A DNA stretch of 64,000 nt from Phaeosaccion multiseriatum (taxonomy: Eukaryota > Protista > Ochrophyta, other classes), in contig OZ218955.1 in assembly GCA_965112735.1 (NCBI GenBank), forward strand, positions 2,418,001 through 2,482,000, given 5' to 3'. Made by a program: the position numbers and the translations under genes. Of this stretch, positions 62,786 through 64,000 are shown piece by piece. The notes below the pieces were generated by a model that saw nothing but the letters and a program-made list of their open reading frames with translations, did not search any database and was not told the origin of the DNA. Within the stretch, counting starts at the first letter, position 1. Each line of letters opens with the position of its first letter.

Positions 62786-64000
62786 ATGCGGGCTGGAGTC
62801 ACTTCCGTTCTCATCGTCCTCAATGGTGTGCAAAGCGAGGCATGGTGGAGCCTCTGGGGGGACCCTCCCACTCCTTCCCCCGCGCCGGCCTCCTCCGTCG
62901 GAGTCGGGATCGGCGGAATTAAGGAGACTACTCCAGACGCCTATTACGACACCTCCTCCGCTCTCCCGAGTGCCAATCTAAGGCTGAAGGTCACCCAACA
63001 AATGGTGCGTAGGGGGATGGGCTTCCCCGTGGCCGAGCAGCGTGGCGTCGCCTCGGAGAGGGCGGGCGCGCGGCGTTGCTTGCTTCCTCTCTTGTCGAGG
63101 CTCCCGATAGGGAGGGCGAGGGAGGCGAACGCGGACATGGCGCGTATAGCTTTGAGCGCAGCACATTCTTTCTGATTCTCTGACGGGATTGTAGTGGGGT
63201 TTGAGCGAAACTGAAGTATTCCTCTCTACGCCTTAGTAGTACATCTTGCTTGTTCCCCCCCTTGCATATCCCTTTTCCTTCCTTGAGAACGAGTATATGC
63301 AGACCGGCAAGAGCAAGTATTTGGAGTTGACAGAGAAGGTAATCGCCACCGACAGCTCCCACAGCAACAGCTGGGACCTTCCCATGGGTAAGCGCTCTCA
63401 TCCTTCTCTAGGAATGCGCCAGGCTTGCTTCCCCCCAATCGCCTGAACTTTGCCACGGCTTGACTTCTTGACTTTACGCCGGCCCCCGCTCCACTACCAG
63501 GCAGTACTCCGTGCTGGAGAGACGCCTTCGACAGCATCGGAGTAGCGTGTGAGGGCATGGCCCACTCCGAGAAGCAGCGCCTCGCGTTGAAGCTCGCAAG
63601 CTGCCATCTCAAGGATGCGGGAAGGGTCGGCTACCCCTGCGCTAACGCCGAGAGCATGGCCCCAAGTCAGTGTATTTCTCAGGTACAGGCAAAGTAGTGA
63701 GCCAGGGTGCGCGGGGGGTTGGGCGAAAGCGCTTGAGGTCCCTGTAAATTAGCGCCGCTCACGCCTTTTGACTGACTCCCCTTCGTGCTCCTTTTGTGCA
63801 GCAGATCCACGAGGACTTGTCCTTCCACGTGTACACGACGTACTTTTTGCATGTCGACAGCATCTGCTTCTATCTGCAGGTCGGTGTCGCTTGCTTGCTT
63901 TGCCTGTTTGTTGACCTTGCTTCGACTCGTGCCGCGCTTCTGATTGCTTCGTTGGCTCGGTGACCCCATCCTGTCACCTCCTCCTCGTCACGAACTCTGC
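62786..64000 (+). CDS. GEX1: GEX1/KAR5/Brambleberry nuclear-fusion protein (5' part, runs off the window end)
   Basis: Signal peptide, then Cys-rich domain PCWRDAFDSIGVACEGMAHSEKQRLALKLASCHLKDAGRVGYPC..QCISQ|IHEDLSFHVYTTYFLHVDSICFYLQ. Confidence 0.85.

Overview
Gene-dense, intron-rich eukaryotic nuclear DNA with about 24 protein-coding genes in 64 kb, short GT-AG introns and several head-to-head gene pairs about 170-500 bp apart. The organism is most likely a flagellated photosynthetic stramenopile (ochrophyte): there are bipartite signal+transit presequences, an aureochrome-type LOV domain, and the axonemal genes CCDC103 and a ropporin/RSP11-like gene. Genes in order: NUP205 (partial), DCC1, PrsW-like membrane protein, RIIa-domain protein, Apd1/Aim32 ferredoxin, coiled-coil protein, NT5C3-like HAD protein, PRA1, CTP synthase, KEA K+/H+ antiporter, PAS-LOV photoreceptor, LCB1, UGGT, NDR kinase, SEC63, PPIL2, calmodulin-like protein, GNAT, PH-domain protein, RPS7, CCDC103, WEE1, an Ala/Glu-repeat protein and GEX1/KAR5 (partial). 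The most unusual items are (1) an effector-less tandem PAS/LOV photoreceptor, (2) a signal-peptide + prion-like Q/G + dehydrin-K-like + catalytically degenerate 5'-nucleotidase fusion, (3) an apparently plastid-targeted CTP synthase and (4) a dispersed family of GC-rich palindromic intergenic elements. No rRNA, tRNA, CRISPR array or transposase was recognised. Gene spans include introns; exon structures were inferred by eye and family calls come from recalled motifs, not database searches.
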